NCBI GenBank assembly: GCA_963750165.1
Contig: CAVVPN010000012.1
Span: 32,001 to 96,000 of the forward strand
Source: an uncultured Gemmataceae bacterium
GTDB taxonomy: Bacteria; Planctomycetota; Planctomycetia; Gemmatales; Gemmataceae
DNA: 64,000 nucleotides
Reading direction: 5' to 3'
The notes under the pieces were generated by a model. It was not told the origin of the DNA and did no database searches. It was given only the letters and a program-made list of their open reading frames with translations. The translations under genes and the position numbers were made by a program. This document shows positions 1-10,987 of this stretch, piece after piece; the stretch's first letter is position 1, and each line of letters opens with the position of its first letter.

Positions 1-1348
<1,348 letters not shown>

Positions 1349-1396
1349 GCCGGTCTTTGCTGCCGCTGGCGGCTTATTCCCCGGCGGGTAACCTCG

Positions 1397-1475
1397 TCCC
1401 GTGGCACGGCTCTCCCGAGCCGTGTTGCCGCAGCATTCGGCTTGCGACACGGCTCGGGAGAGCCGCGCCACGGGA
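1397..1475. repeat. REP-like imperfect palindrome (GGCTCTCCNGAGCCGT family)
   Basis: tcccgtggcacggctctcccgagccgtgt ... acacggctcgggagagccgcgccacggga; related copy at 19739-19813. Confidence 0.8.
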
Positions 1476-1661
1476 GCATCTTGGCCGTTGGGGGAATAAC
1501 CTTCCCCACCCCTTCATCCCTCACCCCCTTTACCCCGTTTACCGCGCCGCAGACTGCGGTTGGTAGCCGCTACCGGTCGAGAGTATAACAGGGGCCGCCC
1601 ATCGCTGCGCCTCCACGGACGGGGCGCTCGCAACCGGGTGCAATTCAGGGAGGAGAACCCC

Positions 1662-3503
1662 ATGTGTGGCATTCTCGGCTACGTCGGCCCCCGCGAGGCG
1701 GAACCGATCCTGCTCGAAGGTCTGCGTCGCCTGGAGTACCGCGGCTACGACAGCGCCGGGATGGCAACGCTGACCGGTGATCGCTTGCACCTGCGCAGGC
1801 GCGCCGGCCGCGTCGCTGACCTGGGCCGTCTGCTGCAGGAGCGGCCCGCGCCCGGCTGTCACGGCATCAGCCACACCCGCTGGGCCACGCACGGCCCCGC
1901 CACCGACACCAATGCCCATCCCCACCTCAGCCAGGACGGCACCGTCGCCGTCGTCCACAACGGCGTCATCGAGAACTACAGCGCCCTGAAAAAACAGCTC
2001 CTCGCCGCGGGCGTCGTCTTCCAGAGCGACACCGACACCGAGGTCATCGCCCAGCTGATTGCCCGGCACCACGACGGCGACCTGGTGGACGCCGTGCGCC
2101 GTGTGCTGCCGATGCTCAAGGGCACCTACGGCCTGGCGGTCGTCAGCGCCCGCAATCCGGAACTGATCGTCGGCGCACGCCTGGGCAGTCCGCTGGTGCT
2201 CGGCCTGGGCGACTACGAGCACTACCTGGCCAGCGACCCCGGCGCCCTGGCCGGCAGCGCCGAGAAGGTGGTGTATTTGCAGGACCATCAGCTGTGCGTG
2301 CTGACGCCGGACACCTGGCACATCTACGACCAGGATCGGGCGCGCGTGACCGCGGCGGTGCAGTCGCTCAACCACCTCGTCAGCGGCGACGCCGACAAGG
2401 GCCCGTTCGAGCACCACATGCTCAAGGAGATTTACGAGCAGCCCGAGTCGCTGGAGAACGCCATGCGCGGCCGCCTCAGCGACGCCGACGCCAGCGCCCA
2501 CTTCGGCGGCCTCAACCTCGACACGCAGCAACTCCGCCGCGCCGAGCGCCTTATCCTCACCGGCTGCGGCACCAGCTACCACGCGGCCCTGGTCGGCGAA
2601 TACCTGATCGAGGAGTTCGCGCGGATGCCGGTGGAGGTGGAGTACGCCAGCGAGTTCCGCTACCGCAACCCGCCCATGGACCGCAACACCATCGTGCTGG
2701 CGATCACGCAGTCCGGCGAGACGGCGGACACGCTGGCCGCCCTGCGCGAGAGCAAGCGCAAGGGCCACCCGACGCTGGCGATTTGCAACGTGGTCGGCAG
2801 CAGCATCGCCCGCGAGGCCGACGGCGGCGTCTACCTGCACGCCGGCCCTGAGATCGGCGTCGCCAGCACCAAGGCGTTCACGTCGCAGGTGACGGTGCTG
2901 ACCATGCTGGCGCTATATCTGGGCCGCATGCGGCACCTGTCCAGCCTGCAGGGCACGCAGATGGTCCGCGACCTGCGCGCGCTGCCGGACGTGATCCGTC
3001 GCACGCTCCACTGCCACGACGACGTCCGCCACATCGCCGAGCGCTACGCCCACGCCGCCAACTTCCTGTACCTGGGCCGGCAGTATCTGTATCCGCTGGC
3101 GCTGGAGGGGGCGTTGAAGTTGAAGGAGATCAGCTATGTCCACGCGGAGGGTTACGCCGCCGCCGAGATGAAGCACGGCCCCATCGCCCTGGTTGATGAG
3201 CACACGCCGTCGCTGTTCCTGATCCCCAACGGCGGCGTCTCCGAGAAGGTGATGAGCAACCTGGAGGAGATCAAGGCCCGCGGCGGCCCGGTGATCGCCA
3301 TCGCCAGTGAGGCCGAGGGCGAGCTGCGCGAGCACCTGCTCGACCGGGCCGACGACGTGGTGTTCGTGCCGGCGGTGCCGGACTACTTGCAGCCGCTGGT
3401 AATGGCGGTGCCGCTGCAACTGCTGGCGTACCACATCGCGCTCTTGCGCGACTGCGACGTGGACAAGCCGCGCAACCTCGCCAAGAGCGTCACGGTGGAG
3501 TAA
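1662..3503 (+). CDS. glmS: Glutamine--fructose-6-phosphate aminotransferase (isomerizing)
   Basis: MCGILGY start after GGAGGAG SD, LEYRGYDSAG, HTRWATHG, two SIS domains, C-terminal PRNLAKSVTVE. Confidence 0.98.
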   Translation: MCGILGYVGPREAEPILLEGLRRLEYRGYDSAGMATLTGDRLHLRRRAGRVADLGRLLQERPAPGCHGISHTRWATHGPATDTNAHPHLSQDGTVAVVHNGVIENYSALKKQLLAAGVVFQSDTDTEVIAQLIARHHDGDLVDAVRRVLPMLKGTYGLAVVSARNPELIVGARLGSPLVLGLGDYEHYLASDPGALAGSAEKVVYLQDHQLCVLTPDTWHIYDQDRARVTAAVQSLNHLVSGDADKGPFEHHMLKEIYEQPESLENAMRGRLSDADASAHFGGLNLDTQQLRRAERLILTGCGTSYHAALVGEYLIEEFARMPVEVEYASEFRYRNPPMDRNTIVLAITQSGETADTLAALRESKRKGHPTLAICNVVGSSIAREADGGVYLHAGPEIGVASTKAFTSQVTVLTMLALYLGRMRHLSSLQGTQMVRDLRALPDVIRRTLHCHDDVRHIAERYAHAANFLYLGRQYLYPLALEGALKLKEISYVHAEGYAAAEMKHGPIALVDEHTPSLFLIPNGGVSEKVMSNLEEIKARGGPVIAIASEAEGELREHLLDRADDVVFVPAVPDYLQPLVMAVPLQLLAYHIALLRDCDVDKPRNLAKSVTVE

Positions 3504-3530
3504 GCGCTGCCGGCTGACCACGCGAACCGC

Positions 3531-3569
3531 GTTTACGTTTCGCGCACTGGCAGTGCGCGAAACGTAAAC
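3531..3569. terminator. Long hairpin downstream of glmS (terminator or REP)
   Basis: gtttacgtttcgcgcactg / cagtgcgcgaaacgtaaac perfect inverted repeat ~28 bp after the stop. Confidence 0.65.
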
Positions 3570-3696
3570 AGGGGGCCGGGCTCCGCGTTCGGGTCGAAGG
3601 GCGGCTGTTCAAACGGGTTCATGCTTTTTCCGGATAGTGTTCGTTGTGGTGGCAGTACCGGATGCTCGATAACTGCGAATTAGAGCGGTTCGCAGT

Positions 3697-3766
3697 TGGG
3701 TGTAGCGGAAGTCGCCAGACTTCCGTCCGGTGCTGCTCGGAAGTCTGGCGACTTCCGCTACACCCA
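3697..3766. repeat. REP-like palindrome (GTAG-headed)
   Basis: tgggtgtagcggaagtcgccagacttccg ... cggaagtctggcgacttccgctacaccca. Confidence 0.85.
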
Positions 3767-3946
3767 TTCGCAATCTGCAATAATTGCCCTTGTCCGACGA
3801 GCCGACCTGGGCGGACAACGTGGACAGGATAGGCTGAAAGTTCCGTCCGACGGCGTCCAGGCGGCAGGAGCCGACGTTCGGCGATCCCCGGAGTACCTGC
3901 AACAACTCCGCAACGGAGTACGTCGCGTCAACCATAGAAATCCGTT

Positions 3947-4939
3947 ATGGATCTAATACTGGAATTCATCAAGGACGCATTGCTGCTGGCGTGTGCCGTG
4001 ATGACAATTTGGACGGTCGGAGCGATTTACTTCGACGTCTGTGGCGGGGCCAGGTGGGGCTGGTGGCTCGCGCTGGGCTGGGCCATTGGCGTCACCGCGC
4101 TGTTCGCGGTTTGGCAGCCGCTCTGGCAGCCTTTCGTTGCCCTGCTCGGGGCCGAGTCACTATTCCTCGCCTGGTGGCTCCGACAGAAGCCGAGCCACCA
4201 CCACGACTGGGCCCCTGGCGTGGCCGTGCTGCCGCGGGCCGTCTGCGCCGGGGACGCGGTCACGATCGAGAACGTCCGCAATTTCGACTACCGTTCGCTC
4301 GATGATTTCACGCCACGCTACGAGACGCGGACGGCTCACCTCGCGAATCTCCAGTCGTTGGACATCATCTTCTTCAACTGGTGTGCAGGGTGGATGAGCC
4401 ATCCGGTGCTGGTCTTCGACTTCGGTCTGGACGGCCGACTGTGTTTCTCGATCGAAGTTCGGTTCCGCAAAGGTCAGGATTACTCGTTCTTCCGCAGCCT
4501 TTACCGGCAACAGGAGCTGATCTTCCTCGTAGCCGACGAGCGTGATGTCATCCTGCGCCGCACCAAGTACTCCCAGGGCCAGGAAGCGCTCCTGTACCGC
4601 CTGAATAGCAGTCCAGAAGAGCTGCAGGCCGTGTTCCTCGATTACGTCTCGACGATCAACAGCATCTACGAAGCGGCACGCTGGTATCACGGCCTGTGCG
4701 CCAACTGCACCACGTCGTTCTACCGCCTGCCCAGCCGCCGGGTCCGATGTGATTGGCGCGTAATTGCCAACGGCCGGCTGGACCGGGCCCTCTATGAGGA
4801 CGGTCGCCTGGACCGAACTTTGCCCTTCCCGGAACTCCGACGAGTCGCCTCTCTCAATGAGATAGCGAACAATGCCCCCGAGGAGGGGTTCGGAGATTAC
4901 ATCCGCCAGCAACTCGAAAGGCGCCGCCATGAGCGATGA
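3947..4939 (+). CDS. DUF4105-domain membrane protein (Lnb-like, putative Cys-His acyltransferase/peptidase fold)
   Basis: Three N-terminal TM segments, then VTIENVRNFDY, SHPVLVFDF, SIEVR, ADERDVI, WYHGLCANCTT motifs typical of DUF4105. Confidence 0.8.
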   Translation: MDLILEFIKDALLLACAVMTIWTVGAIYFDVCGGARWGWWLALGWAIGVTALFAVWQPLWQPFVALLGAESLFLAWWLRQKPSHHHDWAPGVAVLPRAVCAGDAVTIENVRNFDYRSLDDFTPRYETRTAHLANLQSLDIIFFNWCAGWMSHPVLVFDFGLDGRLCFSIEVRFRKGQDYSFFRSLYRQQELIFLVADERDVILRRTKYSQGQEALLYRLNSSPEELQAVFLDYVSTINSIYEAARWYHGLCANCTTSFYRLPSRRVRCDWRVIANGRLDRALYEDGRLDRTLPFPELRRVASLNEIANNAPEEGFGDYIRQQLERRRHER

Positions 4940-6794
4940 CATCATCCCACTGCTAAAGGTCCACGAATACTTTCAGGGCGTGTCCGACGAGACCCTCCAG
5001 GAGGTCGTACGGCACGCACAGGTCGCGCACCATGCGGCCGGTAGCGTCGTCCACGAGGCGGACGTCGTACTCACCACTGTCGGCTTCATCCTGCGCGGGC
5101 GGCTCAAGGCCGTTCGGGTCAGCGTCCACGGTACGGAGTCGCTGTTCCGCATGATCGAGCGCGGCGAACAATTTGGGCTGATGGTCGGAGCGCTCGCCGA
5201 ACCCGTGCCGATTCGCGTCGTCGCGCTGGAGCCCACGACGGTCCTCAACCTGGACTACGAACAGGCCATGGAGTTGACGTTGGCCCGGCCGGACCTGCGC
5301 CGGCTGTGGCTAAAGACCTACGCAGGGAGTCTGCGGAAGCTATTCCTCGGTGCTGCCCCCAAGCGGTCCCCGACGATGCTCGCGCTGATTCACGATTCAC
5401 CCGCCACGCGGCGGACGGCCGAACGGCTCATCCAGCGGCTGTGCGACATTGGTGAGCGACTCGCCGTGTTCAGCGATTCTGACCAGTGGAGCGGGTCACC
5501 GAACGTGCGTTTCCGCCCGCTCCGGGCTGAAGGCCGAGACCTGACCGCGGAGGAAATCCGCACGCAGGCCGCTGCGTGGCAGGACGCCAACCGCATCGTC
5601 TTCGACGTCCACTCGTACCTGACGCCGGAGCGGGCGGCCCAGCTGATGGAACTTGTCGATCGCGCGGTCTACTTCGTCCCGGCAGGCGCCGCCGACGCTG
5701 CAATCCGCCGCCTCCAGGCGATCGACGTGTCGGCCCGCGGCTGGCGCGACAAGATCAGTGTCGCCTGGTTGCTTGGGGGCGACAGCCCGGTGGTCCCTGT
5801 GGTTACGAACCTCCGCGACCTCGCCTGCCGCGATTTCAAAGTCACCGAAACGGCGCCCCCATTGCCCTGGGGCCGGTCGCTGGCCAACGGGCTGGAGCGG
5901 CTGGTTCACGACCTCCGCGGTGTGCGCGTCGGGGTGGCCCTCGGCGGTGGGGCTGCTCGCGGCATGTCCCACCTCGGCGTGCTTAAGGCCCTCGAGAGCA
6001 CCGGCATCGTCGTGGACATGATCGCTGGCACCAGCGCCGGCGCCATGACCGGTATTATGTACTCCGCTGGCCTGGACCCCGACTACAACGCAACTCAGTT
6101 CGCCACGGACCTTCGCCCCTCATGGATTTTTCGCCGCCTACCGCGGGGCAACCACTGGTACCTCCTGTACAAGTATCGCCGCGGGCAATTCGAGCCGATG
6201 CTTCGCAAATACCTCCATGACTGGGGACTCGAACAACTCGCCGTCCCCTGCCTCTCCGTCACTGTCGATCTGGTGAGCGGCAACTCGGTTGTTCGCGAAC
6301 GCGGCGATGCCGTCCATGCGATCCTTGAGAGCATCAACTTGCCCGTGCTCTCCGTGCCGATCGTCCGCAACGGCCAGGCGCTGATCGACGGCGGGCTGGT
6401 CAACAACATCCCCGCGGACGTGCTGGTGTCGATGGGCTGCAATTTTGTGATTGCCGTCAGCGTGACGGCGAAGATGGAGACGAAGTTTTGCGACATTACG
6501 CCCGAGAGACCAACGCTGTCCAGGTCCAGGCCGGGCATCATGCCGACGCTCTTGCGCAGCCTGCTGGTCCAGAACCACAGCCTGAACGCCATCGGCGTGC
6601 AGCCGGCGGACGTGGTCATCGAGCCGGACGTGACCGGCTTTGACCTTGCGGAGTTCATGAGGGCGAAGGAACTCGCCGCGATCGGCGAGGCGGCCGCTCT
6701 GGAACAGATCCCGAAGATCCGGCGCCTGCTGGCCCGGCTCGATCCGCAACTCTTCGGTCCAACCGCCGCCGCGCCTGAATCGGCGCCGTCCTAA
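4929..6794 (+). CDS. cNMP-binding domain + patatin-like phospholipase (NTE/RssA-like)
   Basis: N-terminal cNMP fold (ILRGRLKA..GEQFG); patatin motifs GGGAARG, GTSAG and DGG; start overlaps the DUF4105 gene end. Confidence 0.9.
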   Translation: MSDDIIPLLKVHEYFQGVSDETLQEVVRHAQVAHHAAGSVVHEADVVLTTVGFILRGRLKAVRVSVHGTESLFRMIERGEQFGLMVGALAEPVPIRVVALEPTTVLNLDYEQAMELTLARPDLRRLWLKTYAGSLRKLFLGAAPKRSPTMLALIHDSPATRRTAERLIQRLCDIGERLAVFSDSDQWSGSPNVRFRPLRAEGRDLTAEEIRTQAAAWQDANRIVFDVHSYLTPERAAQLMELVDRAVYFVPAGAADAAIRRLQAIDVSARGWRDKISVAWLLGGDSPVVPVVTNLRDLACRDFKVTETAPPLPWGRSLANGLERLVHDLRGVRVGVALGGGAARGMSHLGVLKALESTGIVVDMIAGTSAGAMTGIMYSAGLDPDYNATQFATDLRPSWIFRRLPRGNHWYLLYKYRRGQFEPMLRKYLHDWGLEQLAVPCLSVTVDLVSGNSVVRERGDAVHAILESINLPVLSVPIVRNGQALIDGGLVNNIPADVLVSMGCNFVIAVSVTAKMETKFCDITPERPTLSRSRPGIMPTLLRSLLVQNHSLNAIGVQPADVVIEPDVTGFDLAEFMRAKELAAIGEAAALEQIPKIRRLLARLDPQLFGPTAAAPESAPS

Positions 6795-6921
6795 CCGGCA
6801 ATGCTCGGCCGAACATCAGCGCCGGTAGTAGGGACTTGCGAACGAGCCCAGGCACCCGTGTCGCGGGGTCAGGCCAGGTTGCCCGGCGGGACCTCGAGGC
6901 GCACTCGAACCTGCTTGGTAG

Positions 6922-7002
6922 CTGTGCGAAAAGTAGGTCCGGCGAGCCGAGCCGGACCCGCAGCGGGTGCCGCTCGGCTCGCGGCACCTACTTTTCGCAC
7001 AG
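6922..7002. repeat. REP-like palindrome
   Basis: ctgtgcgaaaagtaggt...gagccgagc / gctcggctc...acctacttttcgcacag. Confidence 0.8.
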
Positions 7003-7173
7003 GCCCTTGGCAGTGTGTTGTGAACGTGGGGACGGGATTTGAACTGCGCAACTCTCAAATCGAAAACAAGTTCCACCAAGGTCCTTTTTGTGGACCCCGA
7101 CCTTGCCTGACTGTTTGAACCGACTCAACGTGTTCGCAGAATTCCTGCGGCTCACCGGCGTTTTGATTTCAAG

Positions 7174-7248
7174 TCGGGGCGAGAAGATTTGAACTTCCGA
7201 CCTTTCGGTCCCGAACCGAACGCTCTAGCCAAGCTGAGCTACGCCCCG
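7174..7248 (-). tRNA. tRNA-Pro (CGG)
   Basis: Reverse complement CGGGGCGTAGCTCAGCTTGGCTAGAGCG-TTCGG-TT CGG GA-CCGAA-AGGTCGGAAGTTCAAATCTTCTCGCCCCGA folds as a cloverleaf; no encoded CCA. Confidence 0.97.
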
Positions 7249-8296
7249 AGTTTCTTTTTGTAGGATAATCATCCCGGCAAAATTGTCAACCTCGAACTCT
7301 TCGGCAAAAGCCGGATGCGCTGTTGGAAATCGCGGGTTTTCTGCGGTCGCAGGGACTGGCGAAAAAATGTCCCCCCAATATCCACCAATCCAGGGGTTGA
7401 TTTCTCGCGAAAAATCGATCTGCCGCGCTTTCAGCCACCTGCGTAGTCTCTAACTTTCACGATTGTTCCCCCCGCGCCTCCTGACGCGGGGGAGTTCATG
7501 CGCTGTCGCAACCAACTGCGACACCAAGGCTTGTATCAACGATATGGCATCTATCTATATCGTTGTCATTTACAAATCTGGCGTGTGCGAGAGAAACTCT
7601 TGCGTTTTCGAGACAGCGCAACCGGCTCCACTCCGCCGAAAAAATCGGGCGTGCCTGCCGCTCTGTAGCAGACCTGCGGTGCTTTCGTAATGCAGGCCGC
7701 CCGCACTACGGAAGGGCCCAGCCCGGCGACAAAACTCCTACAACCGGCCCTCCTCCCATCCCTTGCGCCGACCGATTTATTTGACAGCGAGGCGAAAGCG
7801 TCCTTGTGTTGGGTAAGGGATATGGGGTAGGCTCGCACCCTTCCCGAACGGTGGCAGCACCCTCCCCGAAAACGGCCCCGCTCCCTTACACTCGGTAGCA
7901 GACGTCGTTGCCCTTGCGCCGGTCCTTCCCGGGCGAACTGGAGCGAGCGCGGGCCCGGAGCCTGAATATTCCCGGTTTTCGGCGCAACCCGAACAATTGT
8001 TAAACTGATAACAGCATTTGATCTTTCGCAAACCGTACAGGCAGGATTATTCTTGTATCTTGCCTATCTTTTGTTGAGAATCGCCTGACAAAGTTATCGA
8101 ATGCTCCGAGGGCAGCCGGTGGAATTTTCGCGGCGCCGACTGGCGCATCTCCGAACTCCAGCCACGGACGGAAACCTACGCTGCTGCTCCCCCGGACGCC
8201 GTCCGCCAACCTGCGGAAGGGACTTGTCGTCCCCTTGGGGCGTTGCCAGCTCGGGGCCCGTGGCCCGGTCGTTTTTCTTCTTGGGAGGTCGCATCC

Positions 8297-9577
8297 ATGC
8301 AGTTGAAAAAACGTTCGCAGTCGAACCGGTTCCGTCCGCACATGGAGCAGCTGGAAAGCCGGCTGACACCCAGCGTCACAACGCGGTTCACCAATGGCAC
8401 CCTGTCCGTCACCTCGGACAACTCCGCCACCGCCCTGACGCTGACCCAGACCGCCACGAACACCGTTCAGGTGAAGGTCGGCGCCAGTGTCATCTACACC
8501 GCCGCCAACGTTGCCAGCATCCAGGTCAACCAGGGCAACGGCGTTGATAGCACTGTGCTGGACATGGGTGGCCTCAGCCTGGGGGCCAACGTTCAGGTTA
8601 CCACCGGTAGCGGCAACGGCTCCTCGGTCACGTTCCAGAACGGCACTCTGGGCGGACGCGTGACCGTGCTGATGGGCAACGCCGGCACCAACTCCATCAC
8701 CAACAACGCCACCCTCAACGGCCAGGGGACGTTCAGCGGCAGTTCGGCCGGCACGACCACGTTCACGAACGGGGCCGCTGCGCTCCTGGGCGGCAACGAC
8801 ACCTTCAGCCGCATCGCCACCATGACCGTGGGCGGCACCACCAACGGCCTGGCGATCGGCGACGGCTCGCTGGGCCTGAACACCACACTGACCCTGACCG
8901 GCACCGTCCTGGGCAGTCTGAACTTCACGGGCGGCTCGGGCACCAACACCGCGACCTTCGCCGGTGCCACGGTGGACGGCCTGACCACGATCAACGACAC
9001 CACCGGGGTGGGCACCGTCGATACCACGGGCGGCACCTTCAACGCCCCCTTCAGCCTCACCGGCGGCAACTCCGCCAACACCTTCACGACGGCCGCCAGC
9101 AGCACTTTCAACAGCAGCGTGATGCTGCGCTTTGGCAACGGCACCAACACCTACACGATGCCGGGGTTCACGATCAACGGCAGCCTGTCGATCACCGCGG
9201 GCAACGGCACCAACGCCCTGACAAGCTTCGCCACTGCGGCCAGCACCCTGGCCGGCAACCTGTCCATCAGCCTGGGCAACGGCACCAACAGCTTCACGCT
9301 CCCCAACAACACCCTGACCTTCACGGGTGCCACCATCAGCTACACGGGCGGCACCGGGGCCGACACGGTCACCATGAGCAACCTCACTGCCACCAGTGCC
9401 ACCCCCAACCTGATCATCAACACGGGCGGCGGCACCGACACGGTCAACCTCGGCGGCATCACCAACGTCAGCGAGTACGGCAACATCACCGTCACCTTCG
9501 GCACCTTCGGCACCAAGACCTGGACGCCGCCGGGCCCCGGCACCTCCGCGTCCTTCACGCTCAACAACTATCCGTGA
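8297..9577 (+). CDS. Secreted Gly/Thr/Asn-rich beta-strand repeat protein with planctomycete extracellular (LEPR-XLL-like) motif
   Basis: GGGAGG SD; RPHMEQLESRLTPS N-terminal motif; GNGTN repeats; strong codon bias. Confidence 0.85.
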   Translation: MQLKKRSQSNRFRPHMEQLESRLTPSVTTRFTNGTLSVTSDNSATALTLTQTATNTVQVKVGASVIYTAANVASIQVNQGNGVDSTVLDMGGLSLGANVQVTTGSGNGSSVTFQNGTLGGRVTVLMGNAGTNSITNNATLNGQGTFSGSSAGTTTFTNGAAALLGGNDTFSRIATMTVGGTTNGLAIGDGSLGLNTTLTLTGTVLGSLNFTGGSGTNTATFAGATVDGLTTINDTTGVGTVDTTGGTFNAPFSLTGGNSANTFTTAASSTFNSSVMLRFGNGTNTYTMPGFTINGSLSITAGNGTNALTSFATAASTLAGNLSISLGNGTNSFTLPNNTLTFTGATISYTGGTGADTVTMSNLTATSATPNLIINTGGGTDTVNLGGITNVSEYGNITVTFGTFGTKTWTPPGPGTSASFTLNNYP

Positions 9578-9593
9578 CCCCTCCCGGAAGATC

Positions 9594-9640
9594 GACAGCC
9601 GTCCGCCACGTCCTGTGGCGGGCGGCTGTCTTCTGTTTTT
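9594..9640 (+). terminator. Rho-independent terminator
   Basis: gacagccgtccgccac-loop-gtggcgggcggctgtc followed by ttctgttttt. Confidence 0.7.
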
Positions 9641-9647
9641 GGTCCAG

Positions 9648-9696
9648 GCCCGAGCGCCAGCGAGAGGGTCGCTCGGCCCCGCGCTGGCGCTCGGGC
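9648..9696. repeat. REP-like palindrome (GCCCGAGCGCCAGCG family)
   Basis: gcccgagcgccagcg ... cgctggcgctcgggc; second copy at 47605-47666. Confidence 0.8.
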
Positions 9697-9710
9697 TCGG
9701 ACCCACCGCA

Positions 9711-10957
9711 TTACCCCATGGTCGCGAACAGCCGGTCGCGGGCCCGGTTCTCGAACAGCTGGAAGAACTGCGCCGTCGCCTCCAGGCACTTGCCGCGGTT
9801 GTGTTCGCGTAGCGCCGCGCCCGCGCCGCCTGACGCAACGGCTGATACTTTTCCGGCGACCGCAACATTTCCAGTGCCCGCCGCGTCAGGCCGTCCACGT
9901 CGTAAAAGTCCACCAGCACGCCTTCGGCGCCGTCCTTGAGCATTTCCTGCACGGGCGCCGTGTTCGAGGCCAGGATCAGGCACTCCGACGCCATCGCCTG
10001 AATCAGCGACTGCGACAGCACATAGGGCACCGTCAGGTAGACGTGCAGGTCGCTCAGGTTGAACAGCGTCGCCAGCTCCGTCGGCGGGATGAAGTCCACG
10101 AAATGGAACTGGTTCGGGTCGTACTGCCCCTGGCTGAGCACGTGCTGCTTGAATGACTTGCCGTTGAGGTGCAGCAGTTCATGGCCGTAGAAGGTGTTCT
10201 CGGTGCCGGCGATCAGGAACTGCACGTCCTCGACCTCCGCCGCCAGCCGCGCCGCCACCTTCATGAAAATGTCGAAGCCGCGCACCGACTCCAGGCCGCG
10301 CGACACGAAGGTCACCACCTTTGTGTCCGGGCCGATGGGGACGCCGTGGAAGGTCGTCGGTCGCACCACTCGGCGGCCCTGGAACAGGTCCGTCTCGACG
10401 CCCTCGTGCAGCACCGTGATCTTGTGGCGCAGCTCCGGCGGGGCGGTGTTCTTCTGGAACTCCGTCGGCGTGTAGGCCGCATCAACCGCCAGCAGGTGCA
10501 GGGCAGTCAGGGCATGGTACGTGGCGTGGAACAGACGCACGCCCTCCGGCGGTGGATACTCCGGCCGCAGCACCATCTTGTCGGTCCAGAACGGCGGCGG
10601 ATACAGCTCGAAGAAGCCGATGAACGGGCACTTGTACAGGTTGCGCAGATACAACATGGTGCCATAAGACATGTGGCCGACCACGAGTTCCGGCGGCGGC
10701 AGTTGTGTGGCGCCGCGCATGCCGCGGTAGATGGCCAGCAGGTGGTCCGTCAGGCCCTGCAGGCTGTTGGGGTTGGTGAAGGTGGTGGGCTGCGGGCCGT
10801 CGGTCAACCGGTAATTGATGTGGTTGAACGGCAGCTGCATCTGGGTGGTGTCCACCGAGGTCAGGAAGGTGCAGGGCCAACCGCGATCCGTCGTCAGGTA
10901 CGCGGCCAGCTGGCCGAACTGGGCCGGGAAATTCGGATGGATGAACAGCACGTGCAT
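9711..10957 (-). CDS. Glycosyltransferase family 4 (frameshift near 9810)
   Basis: MHVLFIHPNFPAQF, RGLESVRGFDIFM, DLHVYLTVPYVLS, SNTAPVQE; the C-terminus continues in the 9711..9983 frame. Confidence 0.9.
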
Positions 10958-10987
10958 GAGCGGCGTCGCCTCCCTCGTTGATGCCGA

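Noticed and set aside
1349..1661. glmS ribozyme upstream of glmS
   Set aside because: No recognisable core; the structure present is a REP-family palindrome also found at 19739.
3947..6794. CBASS or Pycsar system
   Set aside because: No CD-NTase or pyrimidine cyclase nearby; the patatin has an NTE-like architecture.
8000..9710. 985-aa glycosyltransferase fusion in the ORF track
   Set aside because: Artefact of the frameshift near 9810 running into the antisense of the 8297-9577 gene.
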